Source: Octopus bimaculoides (lineage: Eukaryota). From it: a stretch of DNA of 50,117 nt. Under the pieces are notes generated by a model that was given only the letters and a program-made list of their open reading frames with translations, did not search any database and was not told where the DNA came from. This document shows positions 27,045 to 38,281 of this stretch, one piece after another. The first letter of the stretch is position 1; every line of letters begins with the position of its first letter. The position numbers were made by a program, and so were the translations under genes. The stretch is from contig NC_068981.1 in NCBI RefSeq assembly GCF_001194135.2, forward strand, positions 194,053,769-194,103,885, given 5' to 3'.

Positions 27045-27399
27045 CCCTTTAGAATTCAGATTACTCCGTCAAATGTGAGGCTTATTTATTCACATTGTCT
27101 TAAATTAATCCTGCATTATGTCAAAGCTTCCAGATTTTGATGTGACTATATTCTTAGGATGATATTGTAGGGTATGTGTAAGCAGCCAGATCTGGCCAGT
27201 GTGAACATAAAACACGTAGAATATTTGGCCTGGATGAGGTCAACTTTGCCTTTCATCCTTTTGGATCAATAAATTGAGTACCAGTTGTGTACTGGGGTCG
27301 ATCTAATTGACTGGCCCCTCCCCCAAAATTTCAGGCCTTGTGCCTAGAGTAGAAAAGAGTATTTGGGCTGGATATGGGCCAGTTTAAATGCTAAAGGGG
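27045..27399 (+). mobile_element. piggyBac-like MITE (family P2) interrupted by a SINE
   Basis: CCCTTTAGAATTCAGATTAC...GCTTATTTATTCACATTG... to TTTAAATGCTAAAGGGG. Same body as 25176-25692. Confidence 0.6.
27236..27356 (+). mobile_element. 5'-truncated SINE family M (tail B) inside a piggyBac-like MITE
   Basis: Flanked by an imperfect direct repeat of about 17 bp (GAATATTTGGCCTGGAT / GAGTATTTGGGCTGGAT). Confidence 0.75.
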
Positions 27400-27499
27400 C
27401 TAAAACAGTCAGCACCATGTTAAGTCTGTAAACAACAAGAAAAAGACCATTTTCCAAAGTTAAATTGTTTATACATTTTTATTTTTTCTTCTTCGATTT

Positions 27500-27533
27500 T
27501 TTTTTTATCATTTTATTTTATTTCTCGTTGCAG
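27500..27533 (+). promoter_or_regulatory. 3' splice acceptor of the RING exon
   Basis: T-rich tract ttttttatcattttattttatttctcgttgCAG directly precedes in-frame RING residues. Confidence 0.85.
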
Positions 27534-28701
27534 TTTTCTGATATGCAAGAACCCGTGTCACTGCGTGAACAAACATCAGTTCTGTCGTTCCTGCGTCACC
27601 GTATGGTCAGGAAGCGGGAATTCTGAAAACCACAACAAATGCCCCGTGTGTCGTGTGAGCGGCTACTATCTGCCGAGTGGTGCTATTGCAGATAACCTCA
27701 ACAACAGGCAAGTGCGTTGTCTCCTCCGCTCCTGCATATGGGTCGGTCAGCTGAAAAACATCCACAATCACCGTCATGTGCTCAATAAGAAACTACATCA
27801 CGAAGACAATTACAAGATGAGCAAGTCATGCCATAGCAACAACAACGATAGCAATAACAATAATTTGAATCTTAGAGACAGATGCTCTGAAATAACGGAG
27901 AGAGTTCTACCAAAGGAACCCTCGTCAGCAGCAGCTATCCTCCAAAGAATCCGGAATGAGAGGAAAGAAGCCAACTTGTCTTCAAATAATTTGTTCACCG
28001 AGGCCACCGCAGACACCACCACCACCCAATTGTCCCCTTCGTTAACAACCCCTAGTACAGGGCTCAGTTCTAGAAATGTTTTATCTTCTAGCAGTTCAAC
28101 ACCAGTAACTAATACTAATAATAATATTACCGATAATAATAATAGTAGTAGTTTAGTTAATTTTCAACGCCAACATCCAACACTTGACAACAACAACCAT
28201 GTGAATGAGAGAGCAAATGAGTCTATAGAGAATGTCCTTCGTTCGTTCATTCCTTCTACTACTACTACACATCCAACTCCTGTAAGTCGCCTTAATAATA
28301 ATAGTAGTAGTAGTAATAGCCTTTCTAGAAGTGCTCTTCAAGCAAACACCACCCCACCATCCTCTGCTCCACCGGTTACTGAGCCTGATAATGTTTCCAC
28401 CAACCCGAATAACAATTCCAATCGTGTCGGTCCTATCCACCATCGCTCTGTAAATCGCCGAACTGGCCCCAAGGAATACGAACGGCTACGGGCTCGCATG
28501 AGAGAGACCCGTCTTCGACTGGAACAAATGGAAACCACTCGCCGCGAATTGGCTTCTTTCCAGGAGAGACAAAGACTTCAGCATTTGGTCGAGGTGCGAG
28601 AACTTGGTCGGCAGCTGAACGAAGTGACATTCCAAATCCGGCGTCTGCTGAACCAGATGAGTGCCAACGAGGATCAGCCTCCCACCCAATTGGTTAATTA
28701 A
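27534..28701 (+). CDS. Terminal coding exon of a RING-finger (C3HC4-type) putative E3 ubiquitin ligase, with a TRAF/RNF151-like zinc finger, low-complexity N/S/T linker and C-terminal coiled coil; 5' exon(s) not located
   Basis: Polypyrimidine tract plus TTGCAG acceptor at 27500-27533. The exon opens with 1 nt of a split codon, then FLICKNPCHCVNKHQFCRSCVTVW...KCPVCR (RING ligands 3-8), then VRCLLRSCIWVGQLKNIHNH (C-x4-C-x-W-x-G-x-L...H). The frame is open to TAA at 28699-28701. The heptad-like EYERLRARMRETRLRLEQMETTRRELASFQ...QIRRLLNQM lies near the C-terminus. Confidence 0.85.
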
Positions 28702-31066
28702 CTCATCAGTTAATTAGCAAATAAGAATCAAAGTGAATGCCCAAACGGCTGTTAGTTTCTCTTCATTTCTACAATTATAGCCAACATCCTTTAACAAAAC
28801 ATTCTCTTCTTCTCCTCTACCCCCCCCCCACACCTACTTTTAAATTAGGCTTACTTCACTAATTCTTGTCCTCGTGAATTTTTATTTGCTTATCTCACAT
28901 TTTTTTTCTTTCCTATTGATTTTATTTCTCTAATGGACAATTGTTTCGTTATTTTCTTTAGAATTTAGAGCCATTTTTTTTTNNNNNNNNNNNNNNNNNN
29001 NNNNNNNNNNNNNNNNNNNNNNNNNNNNNNNNNNNNNNNNNNNNNNNNNNNNNNNNNNNNNNNNNNNNNNNNNNNNNNNNNNNNNNNNNNNNNNNNNNNN
29101 NNNNNNNNNNNNNNNNNNNNNNNNNNNNNNNNNNNNNNNNNNNNNNNNNNNNCAAAAATCAACATTTACAGGAAATACTCAATTTTCAAATTTTTATTTC
29201 ATGATACAATCTGCTTTCAAAGTAGAAGAATCTATTTTCTGTCTACATTTTTCGATTTCTTTGAATTTTCCTATCAGTGTCTTCCATTTTAGTTTGAATA
29301 TTTGTTTTCTCAAAATATATGCAAATCTTTCGGTTTTTGATGTAATTTTTAGAAAAAGAGGAGTCTGACTGGGGTTTCGTGCACCAGGACTACCTCGCTG
29401 TCGTTTACTTACTTTGGAGCAGATGGGGGGGGGTACAGTGTTACTGTCAAGATCCCCACCAGTTTTTCTCCATTTGGGGCATTTCATTATTTTCGTCTTT
29501 CTCTGGGTCCCTTACCTTATGATCAGAGAAGGGATTTATAAAACCAAAGGGAGGGAAAAAAAAACTCTAAAGTAAGTAAAAAAAAATATTGTGAAGTATT
29601 TTTTTTTACAATTAAAGTATTTCAGAAATCTGATGTCTGCCTTCATAAGTCACAAACACTAGCGCCACCTACAGTCTTCTCTACTGATGGGGACAGTTGT
29701 AGATGTAGTGTCCATATGCAGACAGCTGTAATGTTAACACAATGCTGTCTACATCTATAAACAATTGTCTATAAATGTAGGCAGCTATATATATACACAC
29801 ACATACATACATACGTGTGTGTGTGTGTGTGAGAGAAAGAGACATACCTTTGGTGTACAGTGTTATTTTCTTGGTGTTCCGTTTTCTCCCAGTAATACAA
29901 GCTCCTTTTCACTCTCCTTTCTCTGCCTTGTAGCCCTGAGAGAGAAAAAGATCCATTAAGAATTAACTTCACTGTTTATCAGAAGAAAGAAAAATCTTCA
30001 CAATATTTTTTTTCGATTTCAATTGAATGTGAGGAAGTCATTGAAACAAAAGGAAATGAATTTAGTGTGGAGGAGTATTTCCTGGAAGATTAAATCGGGA
30101 TTTTACTAGAATTTTATTTCATTTTTTTGTTTTCTTTTTTTTTTCCTCCCCATTGTCTTACCACTGCTTTTATTAATTTGTTTTGTTTAATGGTGAAAAG
30201 AAAATAACAAAGGCCAAAATCCTTATAGATGTGTTTCTGGAAACCTCTCAGCTTACCTCAGTCCCATTATTGACCAGTGTTTGTTGGCCATTATCAATCA
30301 GGTATTGATTGCTTTGCAAACCTGACTTGAACATTTATGAAATGATCAACATTATCAAAGACTTAAGCAATATGAGTATTTTTATTATATTTCATTTTAT
30401 TTTCAAATTTTTTGTATATTCATGTTACTAAATAAGTATCATCCCTGTCCGAGTACTACAACAGCATGTCTATCTATATATGTTTGTCTTATATACAATT
30501 ATGTATGTGTGTATATTACATTTATATCCAATTTTTCTTTTTTTCCTTTATTTAATTTTTGTAAACTAAAAATGTTCATAAAAAAAAAATTTATCTCTAG
30601 TCAAATGGTTTTAACAATTGGTGTTATTACCAGTTCTGGAATCTCAGATATGACGATGCAGTAAAAAGACCCCCACCACCACTGGATTTTCTCACCCCTA
30701 ATATCACCTTTGGTTATGGTAATTTCTCCTGTATGAGAAAAGCCAGTTATCCCAGTCCTCTGTTCCCTCCCCCTCCTGCTCTTCTATCTTTTCTATGAAG
30801 AAAAGCTTGAGGAAAAAAAAAATCTTTCTTGAGAAGAGAATGAGCCTCAGAACAATATTTTCCTCTTTATCTCTTCCAATGCATCATTTTTAATAATCCC
30901 CCCTACCCCACCCTTAACTGTGTGATATATAACCCTCAGTTGGAGTTTATATTTATGTTACAATATATGCAGTATTGTGAACTATCTCTTTAAAATCAAT
31001 GTGTTACCAAGTACTTTATCATCCTCAGTACTTGACTATGAAATTTATAAAGCAATTTTAATAGCA

Positions 31067-31072
31067 AATAAA
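31067..31072 (+). promoter_or_regulatory. Candidate polyadenylation signal for a long 3' UTR of the RING gene (alternative at 31650-31655)
   Basis: AATAAA at the end of a repeat-poor stretch (about 28.7-31.6 kb) downstream of the stop; common by chance in AT-rich DNA. Confidence 0.2.
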
Positions 31073-32332
31073 AATGGCAAATTTTTTTAAAATTTGTTTT
31101 ATCATAACTGTATGACATCGATTAGTGTGAACATCTCTTGACCGTCAATGAACAATCCCACTGCAGCCAGCTCATGACCAGTGAAAGGATTGGTTCATTA
31201 TCATCATGGCCATAATATACAGTCTCGTTGCCACCACCACTGCAACCAGCCAGTGACTTACCTGTGTATTTCCTCGCCATCAGCAACAACAAATGTTCTG
31301 GCTAAGGTTTCACCTGTAGTGAAAGACACGGCTGCATAGCTTGAGTTAATGTGTGTTGTGTGGTGACAGCTTTAACGAACCTCAGCAGCTTCAAGTGTCA
31401 TCTCAGAAAAGTGGTTTAACTGAACTAGATAGGAGTTCTGGTGGTCAGTTCAACTACCAACCTCAGTTAATTTAAGCAAATACAAGGTTTTAATTGAAAA
31501 CAAACTGAACGTGTTTTATGTGATGCATAACTCTGTTTCTTTTATGGTTTTCTCTTGCAACTCAAAGCAGTTAACAGAACAAGCATTGTCGCATTAGTTT
31601 TGATCAATACTTTTATTTTATAGAGATAATTGCAAAATATATATATATTAATAAATGCGCCCGGTTTCTATGGCGTATATGTACCCCAGTCCATCGCAGC
31701 ATTACTCATTTTTGCTCAAGAACACAATTCAAAGTATTCTAAGGAAACGGTTTCGTGAAATGACTTAAAGTCGTAATAGAGGATAATACTGTCTCTTTTA
31801 TGTCAGTGCCAGAGACATTTCAAGGTTGAAACACAGCTTTGTGAGGACAGCGTAAATGTCACTAAGAACATGGTCAAAATTGTGGTTTTTATAACCTTCA
31901 TTGGAAATTTCTAGAATTGTCCAGTATATTTTTCAAATTAACACCAAAAGAACTTTCTTATGAAGTAACTCTATTTTCATTCAATAATACTTTGCTAAAA
32001 TGCTTTTTGCTGCAGGGGGTAGATGGGGTCACTTATGCAGCTTGGCTAGAATAAGGGAAACAGAACTACTCCTCATTCAGAAACACTTACATAGATATAT
32101 GCTGGTGTGTGTGTGTATATTTGTGTTATACCATAAGTTGCAGGTTTCCGGGGTTTTTTTTTTAGCCCCAACCAGCTTTAATAGAGGAGGTTGATTAACA
32201 GCATTCCAGCCATGACCATCCTGTCTTTCTTTTCAGGTAAAAGGCTACATTAGGCTACATTATCTTGTTTTTAAACAAACAAACAAAAAAAACACTGGTT
32301 TGGAAGAGGTTTAGCTGTTATTGCTAGCATAT

Positions 32333-32692
32333 AGGTGGCTGTGTGGTAAGTAGCTTGCTTACCAACTACATGGTTCCAGGTTCATTCTCACTGCGTGGCA
32401 CCTTGGGCAAGTGTCTTCTACTATAGCCTTGGGCCGACCAAAGCCTTGTGAGTGGATTTCGTAGACAGAAACTGGAAGAAGCCTGTCGTATATATGATGT
32501 GTGTTTGTCCACCAAACATCGCTTGACAACCAATGGTGTTGTGTTTACGTCCCCGGTTCGGCAAAAGAGACTGACGGAATAAGTACTAGGCTTCCAAAGA
32601 ATAAGTCCTGGGGCCGATTTGCTCGACTAAAGGTGGTGCTCCAGCATGGCCACAGTCAAATGATTGAAACAAGTAAAAAAAAAGGAAAAGAA
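32333..32692 (+). mobile_element. SINE family A, full length
   Basis: Same modules as 75-460. Confidence 0.85.
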
Positions 32693-33323
32693 TATCAAAT
32701 GACTACATAGAAGCCCTCTCATTGACTTAATCTGCAACATGTATTTCGATAATCTAATTGGCCCACTGGAAATTACTTGTTTAGAAATATAATAAGCTTA
32801 TTGGATCATGGCCAACAAAATCCACAACTGCAATATTTATATCATCTTGTTTACAACTTTCCTACTAACTGCTAGGTTTTTCACACGACGTCACACAGAA
32901 AGGTGTTTAGAAATATTGCCCAGTCATTTGTTGGAGTAATTTATTCCCAGGACAAACAAGAATTTCATGAATAAATTTATAGATAAAAAGGTCGGTTTGG
33001 GAACTAAAACAATGATATCTGTGAAGACATGCTGAAGCAGTTTAGAAAATTAATTATTCAAAGACAATGTCTCTATGCAAAACAGAAATGTTTATTAATT
33101 CATGTGGCAAGCATTAAAAATCTAATTAGAAATAATTGTGTGGTGGGCATGGAGGGAACATTGGATGCTTGTCTAATATTTTGTGTGGTAAGTAGCTTGC
33201 TTACGAACCACATGGTTCCAGGTTCATTCTCACTGTGTGGCACCTTGGGCAAGTGTCTTATACTATAGCCTCGGGCCAACCAAAGCCCTGTGAGTGGATT
33301 TGGTAGACGGAAACTGAAAGAAG

Positions 33324-33489
33324 GCGGCGAGCTGGCAGAAACGTTAGCACGACGGGCAAAATACTTAGAGGTATTTCGTCTGCCGCTACATTCTGAGTTC
33401 AAATTCTGCCGAGGTCGACTTTGCCTTTCATCTTTTCGGAGTCTGTTTGTGCCCTCTATGTTTAGCCCCTTGTGGGCAGTTAAGAAATA
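33324..33489 (+). mobile_element. SINE family M (tail A) nested in a family A SINE, with a 15-bp TSD
   Basis: TSD GGAAACTGAAAGAAG at 33309-33323 and 33490-33504. Confidence 0.9.
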
Positions 33490-33534
33490 GGAAACTGAAA
33501 GAAGCCTGTCGTATATATATATATATGTATGTAT

Positions 33535-33644
33535 GTATGTACTCAATCCAAACATGAACAAGCAACGCGAGGAGGTGGAATAAGTACAGTGTTATTGGAC
33601 GCTCAGGAGAGGACTTCACGTTTCGAGGCAGAGCTCTTCATCAG
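33535..33644 (-). ncRNA. Hammerhead ribozyme core, probably from a Penelope-like element terminal repeat, truncated by an N gap
   Basis: Minus strand reads CTGATGA-A-GAG ctctgc CTC-GAAAC gtgaa GTC: conserved CUGAUGA and GAAA, stem II GAG/CTC, minimal stem III and a GUC cleavage triplet. The 5' strand of stem I lies in the gap. Confidence 0.55.
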
Positions 33645-35017
33645 NNNNNNNNNNNNNNNNNNNNNNNNNNNNNNNNNNNNNNNNNNNNNNNNNNNNNNNN
33701 NNNNNNNNNNNNNNNNNNNNNNNNNNNNNNNNNNNNNNNNNNNNNNNNNNNNNNNNNNNNNNNNNNNNNNNNNNNNNNNNNNNNNNNNNNNNNNNNNNNN
33801 NNNNNNNNNNNNNNNNNNNNNNNNNNNNNNNNNNNNNNNNNNNNNNNNNNNNNNNNNNNNNNNNNNNNNNNNNNNNNNNNNNNNNNNNNNNNNNNNNNNN
33901 NNNNNNNNNNNNNNNNNNNNNNNNNNNNNNNNNNNNNNNNNNNNNNNNNNNNNNNNNNNNNNNNNNNNNNNNNNNNNNNNNNNNNNNNNNNNNNNNNNNN
34001 NNNNNNNNNNNNNNNNNNNNNNNNNNNNNNNNNNNNNNNNNNNNNNNNNNNNNNNNNNNNNNNNNNNNNNNNNNNNNNNNNNNNNNNNNNNNNNTTTAGC
34101 ATTATTAGACCTCCTCAGTGAAACAGGTTTCACAATACATGCTGAAATAATGAGAGAATTACTAATCATTTAATATTAATTTTCCATGCTGGTGAACCAA
34201 TAGACTGCTTCAAGCTCCAAGGTCTGATTTGGCTGGATGCCCTTCCTAATGTCAACCACATTACAGCATATACTGGGTGCTTTCTTTTTTTTATGTGGCA
34301 CCAGCACTAGTGTACAATTTTCATCATCCCACTACCAAGTATGACATCACCCCTTCCTTTCTCATTCATAAACACAAGAGTATTATTACAGTAGATTATC
34401 TCGGTAACCATGGGAGCTATGAGAAAATACAAAGCCCAGCAACAACACCGGATCATTCTACACATGTAATTTTTCACGCAATTCCACCCAGTCGTTTGAC
34501 CATGAATCCCAAGACAAGATAAATTTGACATGGGTGATTCTATGTATAGATAACTATGATAAAGAAAGGAAACACAGAAATGTAGACTACTTTATTACAA
34601 GCTGCTACAAATATCCAATAAAAAACTCTACAAGCCTAATTAATTAAAAACAAAATGAAATATAATCCTTTTGAAATCACAAATTAGACTTTTCTTCAGG
34701 AATTCATTATTGGAATGAATGCGTTCTACCAACAAAAATATGAAAACCTTTACAACAGCCCAGAAAGGAGCAAACGAATTGTGATAGACAGAAATTAACA
34801 TGAACGCCAGACTGATCAAAACAGGAAAATATATTTTTCCATTTTGTTTTGAATTAATTAGGTTTGACAACAACTTGGAGTAAAGTAACGTCTACACTTT
34901 TATTTTTCCCTTTCCTTATTATACTTTATTGTACAAATACTGAATATATAGACCTTTTGTATATTCTATGCTTTGGATTGAACCGGCGGACTTGGATGTT
35001 TAACATCCCTTTGAAGG

Positions 35018-35056
<39 letters not shown>

Positions 35057-35859
35057 NNNNNNNNNNNNNNNNNNNNNNNNNNNNNNNNNNNNNNNNNNNN
35101 NNNNNNNNNNNNNNNNNNNNNNNNNNNNNNNNNNNNNNNNNNNNNNNNNNNNNNNNNNNNNNNNNNNNNNNNNNNNNNNNNNNNNNNNNNNNNNNNNNNN
35201 NNNNNNNNNNNNNNNNNNNNNNNNNNNNNNNNNNNNNNNNNNNNNNNNNNNNNNNNNNNNNNNNNNNNNNNNNNNNNNNNNNNNNNNNNNNNNNNNNNNN
35301 NNNNNNNNNNNNNNNNNNNNNNNNNNNNNNNNNNNNNNNNNNNNNNNNNNNNNNNNNNNNNNNNNNNNNNNNNNNNNNNNNNNNNNNNNNNNNNNNNNNN
35401 NNNNNNNNNNNNNNNNNNNNNNNNNNNNNNNNNNNNNNNNNNNNNNNNNNNNNNNNNNNNNNNNNNNNNNNNNNNNNNNNNNNNNNNNNNNNNNNNNNNN
35501 NNNNNNNNNNNNNNNNNNNNNNNNNNNNNNNNNNNNNNNNNNNNNNNNNNNNNNNNNNNNNNNNNNNNNNNNNNNNNNNNNNNNNNNNNNNNNNNNNNNN
35601 NNNNNNNNNNNNNNNNNNNNNNNNNNNNNNNNNNNNNNNNNNNNNNNNNNNNNNNNNNNNNNNNNNNNNNNNNNNNNNNNNNNNNNNNNNNNNNNNNNNN
35701 NNNNNNNNNNNNNNNNNNNNNNNNNNNNNNNNNNNNNNNNNNNNNNNNTGTAGAAACCAAGGCAAATCAGACTGGAACCTGGTGCAGCCTCCTGGCTTCC
35801 CAGACCCCAGTCCAACCCATGCCAGCATGGAAAACGGACGTTAAACGATGATGATGATG

Positions 35860-35895
<36 letters not shown>

Positions 35896-36491
35896 CATAT
35901 GGTTCTGGGTTCAGTCCCACTGCATGGCACCTTGGGCAAGAGTCTTCTACTAGAGACTTGGTCCGACCAAAGCCTTGTTAGTGGATTTGGTAGATGGAAA
36001 CTGAAAGAAGCATGTGGTGTGTGTGTGTGTCACACCGCTTAACTGGTGTTGACTTGTATACATCCCCGCAATCCAGCGGTTCAGCAAAAAAGACCAACAG
36101 TATCAAGCTTTAAAAAAAGTCCCCGGGCCAATTTGTTCAACAAAACCCTTCAAGGTGGTGCCCCAGCATGGCCTCAGTCTATTACAAGGTATATATACAT
36201 ACACACTTAGTTCTTCTAAAGAATGAGAGAGCTTTCCTTAGTTGTAGAGGAATCTTCTACTACTTTCCAGATATAAACAGCCTGGGTGTTCCTAAAGAAA
36301 TGCGGTGAAATACTGTTTAAATCCTTTAATCTCTAGCGTACGCGGTGTTAAGAGCTGGGCATTGAGTGCGAGATTAACACAAGAAAACAAAATTAAAAGG
36401 ATTTAAGTTGATCTGTTAAGGTCAAAGGGAGATAACTAAAAGATTAAAATTTTTTATCTTTTTTTTTTTATACAATATTTTATATGTCAAA

Positions 36492-36799
36492 GGCGACGAG
36501 CTGGCAGAAATTAAATACCAGTTACGCACTGGGGTCCATGTAATCGACTTAGTCCCTTTGTCTGTCGTTGTTTAGCCCCTTGTGGGCAATAAAGAAATAA
36601 GAAACGTTAGCACACCGGGCGGAATGCTTAGCGGTATTTCGTCTGATGTTACGTTCTGAGTTCAAATTCCGCCGAGGTCGACTTTGCCTTTCATCCTTTT
36701 AAGATCGATAAATTAAATACCAGTGGGGTCGTTCTAATCGACTGCCCGCCCACCTCCCCAAAAAGTTTGGGCCTTGTGCTTAGAATAAAAAAGAATATT
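36492..36799 (+). mobile_element. SINE family M (tail B) carrying an inserted 3' fragment of family M (tail A) at 36511-36599
   Basis: Head GGCGACGAGCTGGCAGAAA jumps to core/tail A, then resumes at ACGTTAGCAC. AGAAA appears at both junctions. Confidence 0.75.
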
Positions 36800-37136
36800 C
36801 TATGTCATTCTACTCTGTTGGAATATAAAATGACTCGACACATTCTAAACATTACCATATAAATTAATCACAATTCAAAACTGAGCAATTTACCAGAAAA
36901 GTCTAAAATGGTTGATTGAGTGTTTTTGATGTTGAAATATTTTTGAAATTATATAGGCATAGGTGTGGCTATGTGGTAAGGAGTTTGCTTCCCAACCACA
37001 CGATTCCAGGTTCAGCTTCTCTGCATAGCACCTTGGGTAAATGTCTTCTATAGCCTCGAACCAATCAAAGTTTTGTCAGTGGGTTTGCTAGACGGAAACT
37101 AAAAGAAGCCACTTCGTATATGTGTGTGTGTATATA

Positions 37137-37521
37137 GGCACAGGAGTGAGTATGTGGTAAGAGCTTGCTTCCCAACTACATGGCTCCAGGTTCAGTCCCA
37201 CTGTGTGATACCTTGGGCAAGTGTCTTCTATTATAGCCTTGGGCTGACCAAAGCCCATTTGGTAGATGGAAACTGAAAGAAGCTCATCATATGCTTATAT
37301 ATGTGTGTGTGTATTCATTTGTGTGTCTGTTTGTCACCACCACCACTACTGCTTGACAACCGATGTCGGTGTGTTTATGTCCCCATAACTTAGCAGTTCG
37401 GCAAAAGAGAATGATAGAATAAGTATACTAGGCTTACAAAGAATAAGTCCTGGGGGTCAATTTGTTCGACTAAAGGCAGTGCCCCAGTGTGGCCACAGTC
37501 AAGTGACTGAAACAAGTAAAA

Positions 37522-37524
<3 letters not shown>
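37137..37524 (+). mobile_element. SINE family A, full length (another head at about 36955-37130)
   Basis: Same modules as 75-460. Confidence 0.8.
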
Positions 37525-37561
<37 letters not shown>

Positions 37562-37885
37562 CAACACCGCTTGGCAACTGGTGTTGGTGTGTTTACATCC
37601 ACATAACTTAGCAGTTCAGTAAAAAAGAGGCCAACAGTCAAAGTACCAAGCTTTAAAAAAAAAACGTACTGAGATTGATTCGTTTCACTAAAAGTTCTTC
37701 CAGGCAGTGCTCCAGCATGACCACAGTCTAATAACAATCAAATAAGGGATAAGGTCAATCTGTTGAGGTCATTAGTTTCCATCATGTGACATTTTGAATT
37801 AGCTGGGGTTTTTTTGTTTTTTTTTAAAATTCCTTGATCTAAAGACAATTTTGGGGACAACTCTTAAAGCTTGGCACAGAATACG

Positions 37886-38281
37886 TTTTTACTCTTGTTT
37901 CAGTCATTTGACTGTGGCCATGCTGGAGCACCACCTTTTTAGTCGAGCTAATCGACCCCAGGACTTATTCTTTGTAAGCCTAGTACTTATTCTATCAGTC
38001 TCTCTCGCTGAACCCGCTAAGTTACAGGGACATAAACACACCAGCATCGGTTATCAAGCGATGTTGGGTGGGGGGACAAACACAGACACACAAACATATA
38101 CACACATATACATATATACGACAGGCTTCTTTTCAGTTTCCGTCTACCAAATCCACTCACAAGGCTTTGGTTGGCCCGAGGCTCTAGCAGAAGACACTTG
38201 CCCAAGGTGCCACAGTGGGACTGAACCCGCAACCATGTGGATCGTAAGCATGTTACTTACCACACAGCCACTCCTGCGCCT
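37886..38281 (-). mobile_element. SINE family A, full length, minus strand
   Basis: Reverse complement of the family A head (CTTACCACACAGCCACTCCTGCGCC) and tail (TTTTACTCTTGTTTCAGTCATTTGACTG). Confidence 0.85.

Noticed and set aside
1-27500. Apparent excess of plus-strand family V copies (roughly 12 plus vs 4 minus) in the putative intron
   Set aside because: Counts are too small to separate from chance.
27810-28689. Several minus-strand ORFs overlapping the RING exon
   Set aside because: Shadow frames of the real coding exon.
29194-29487. 97-aa minus ORF just downstream of the RING stop
   Set aside because: No motif; the candidate splice sites nearby give stops in all frames; probably antisense to the 3' UTR.
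30253-30332. Short minus-strand open frame MFKSGLQSNQYLIDNGQQTLVNNGTE ending at a GTAAGC donor
   Set aside because: Weak acceptor, phase incompatible with the 31262-31313 candidate, and no downstream partner exon.
33529-35844. Long ORFs in the track (214, 188, 326, 300, 263 aa, etc.)
   Set aside because: Made almost entirely of X from N gaps.
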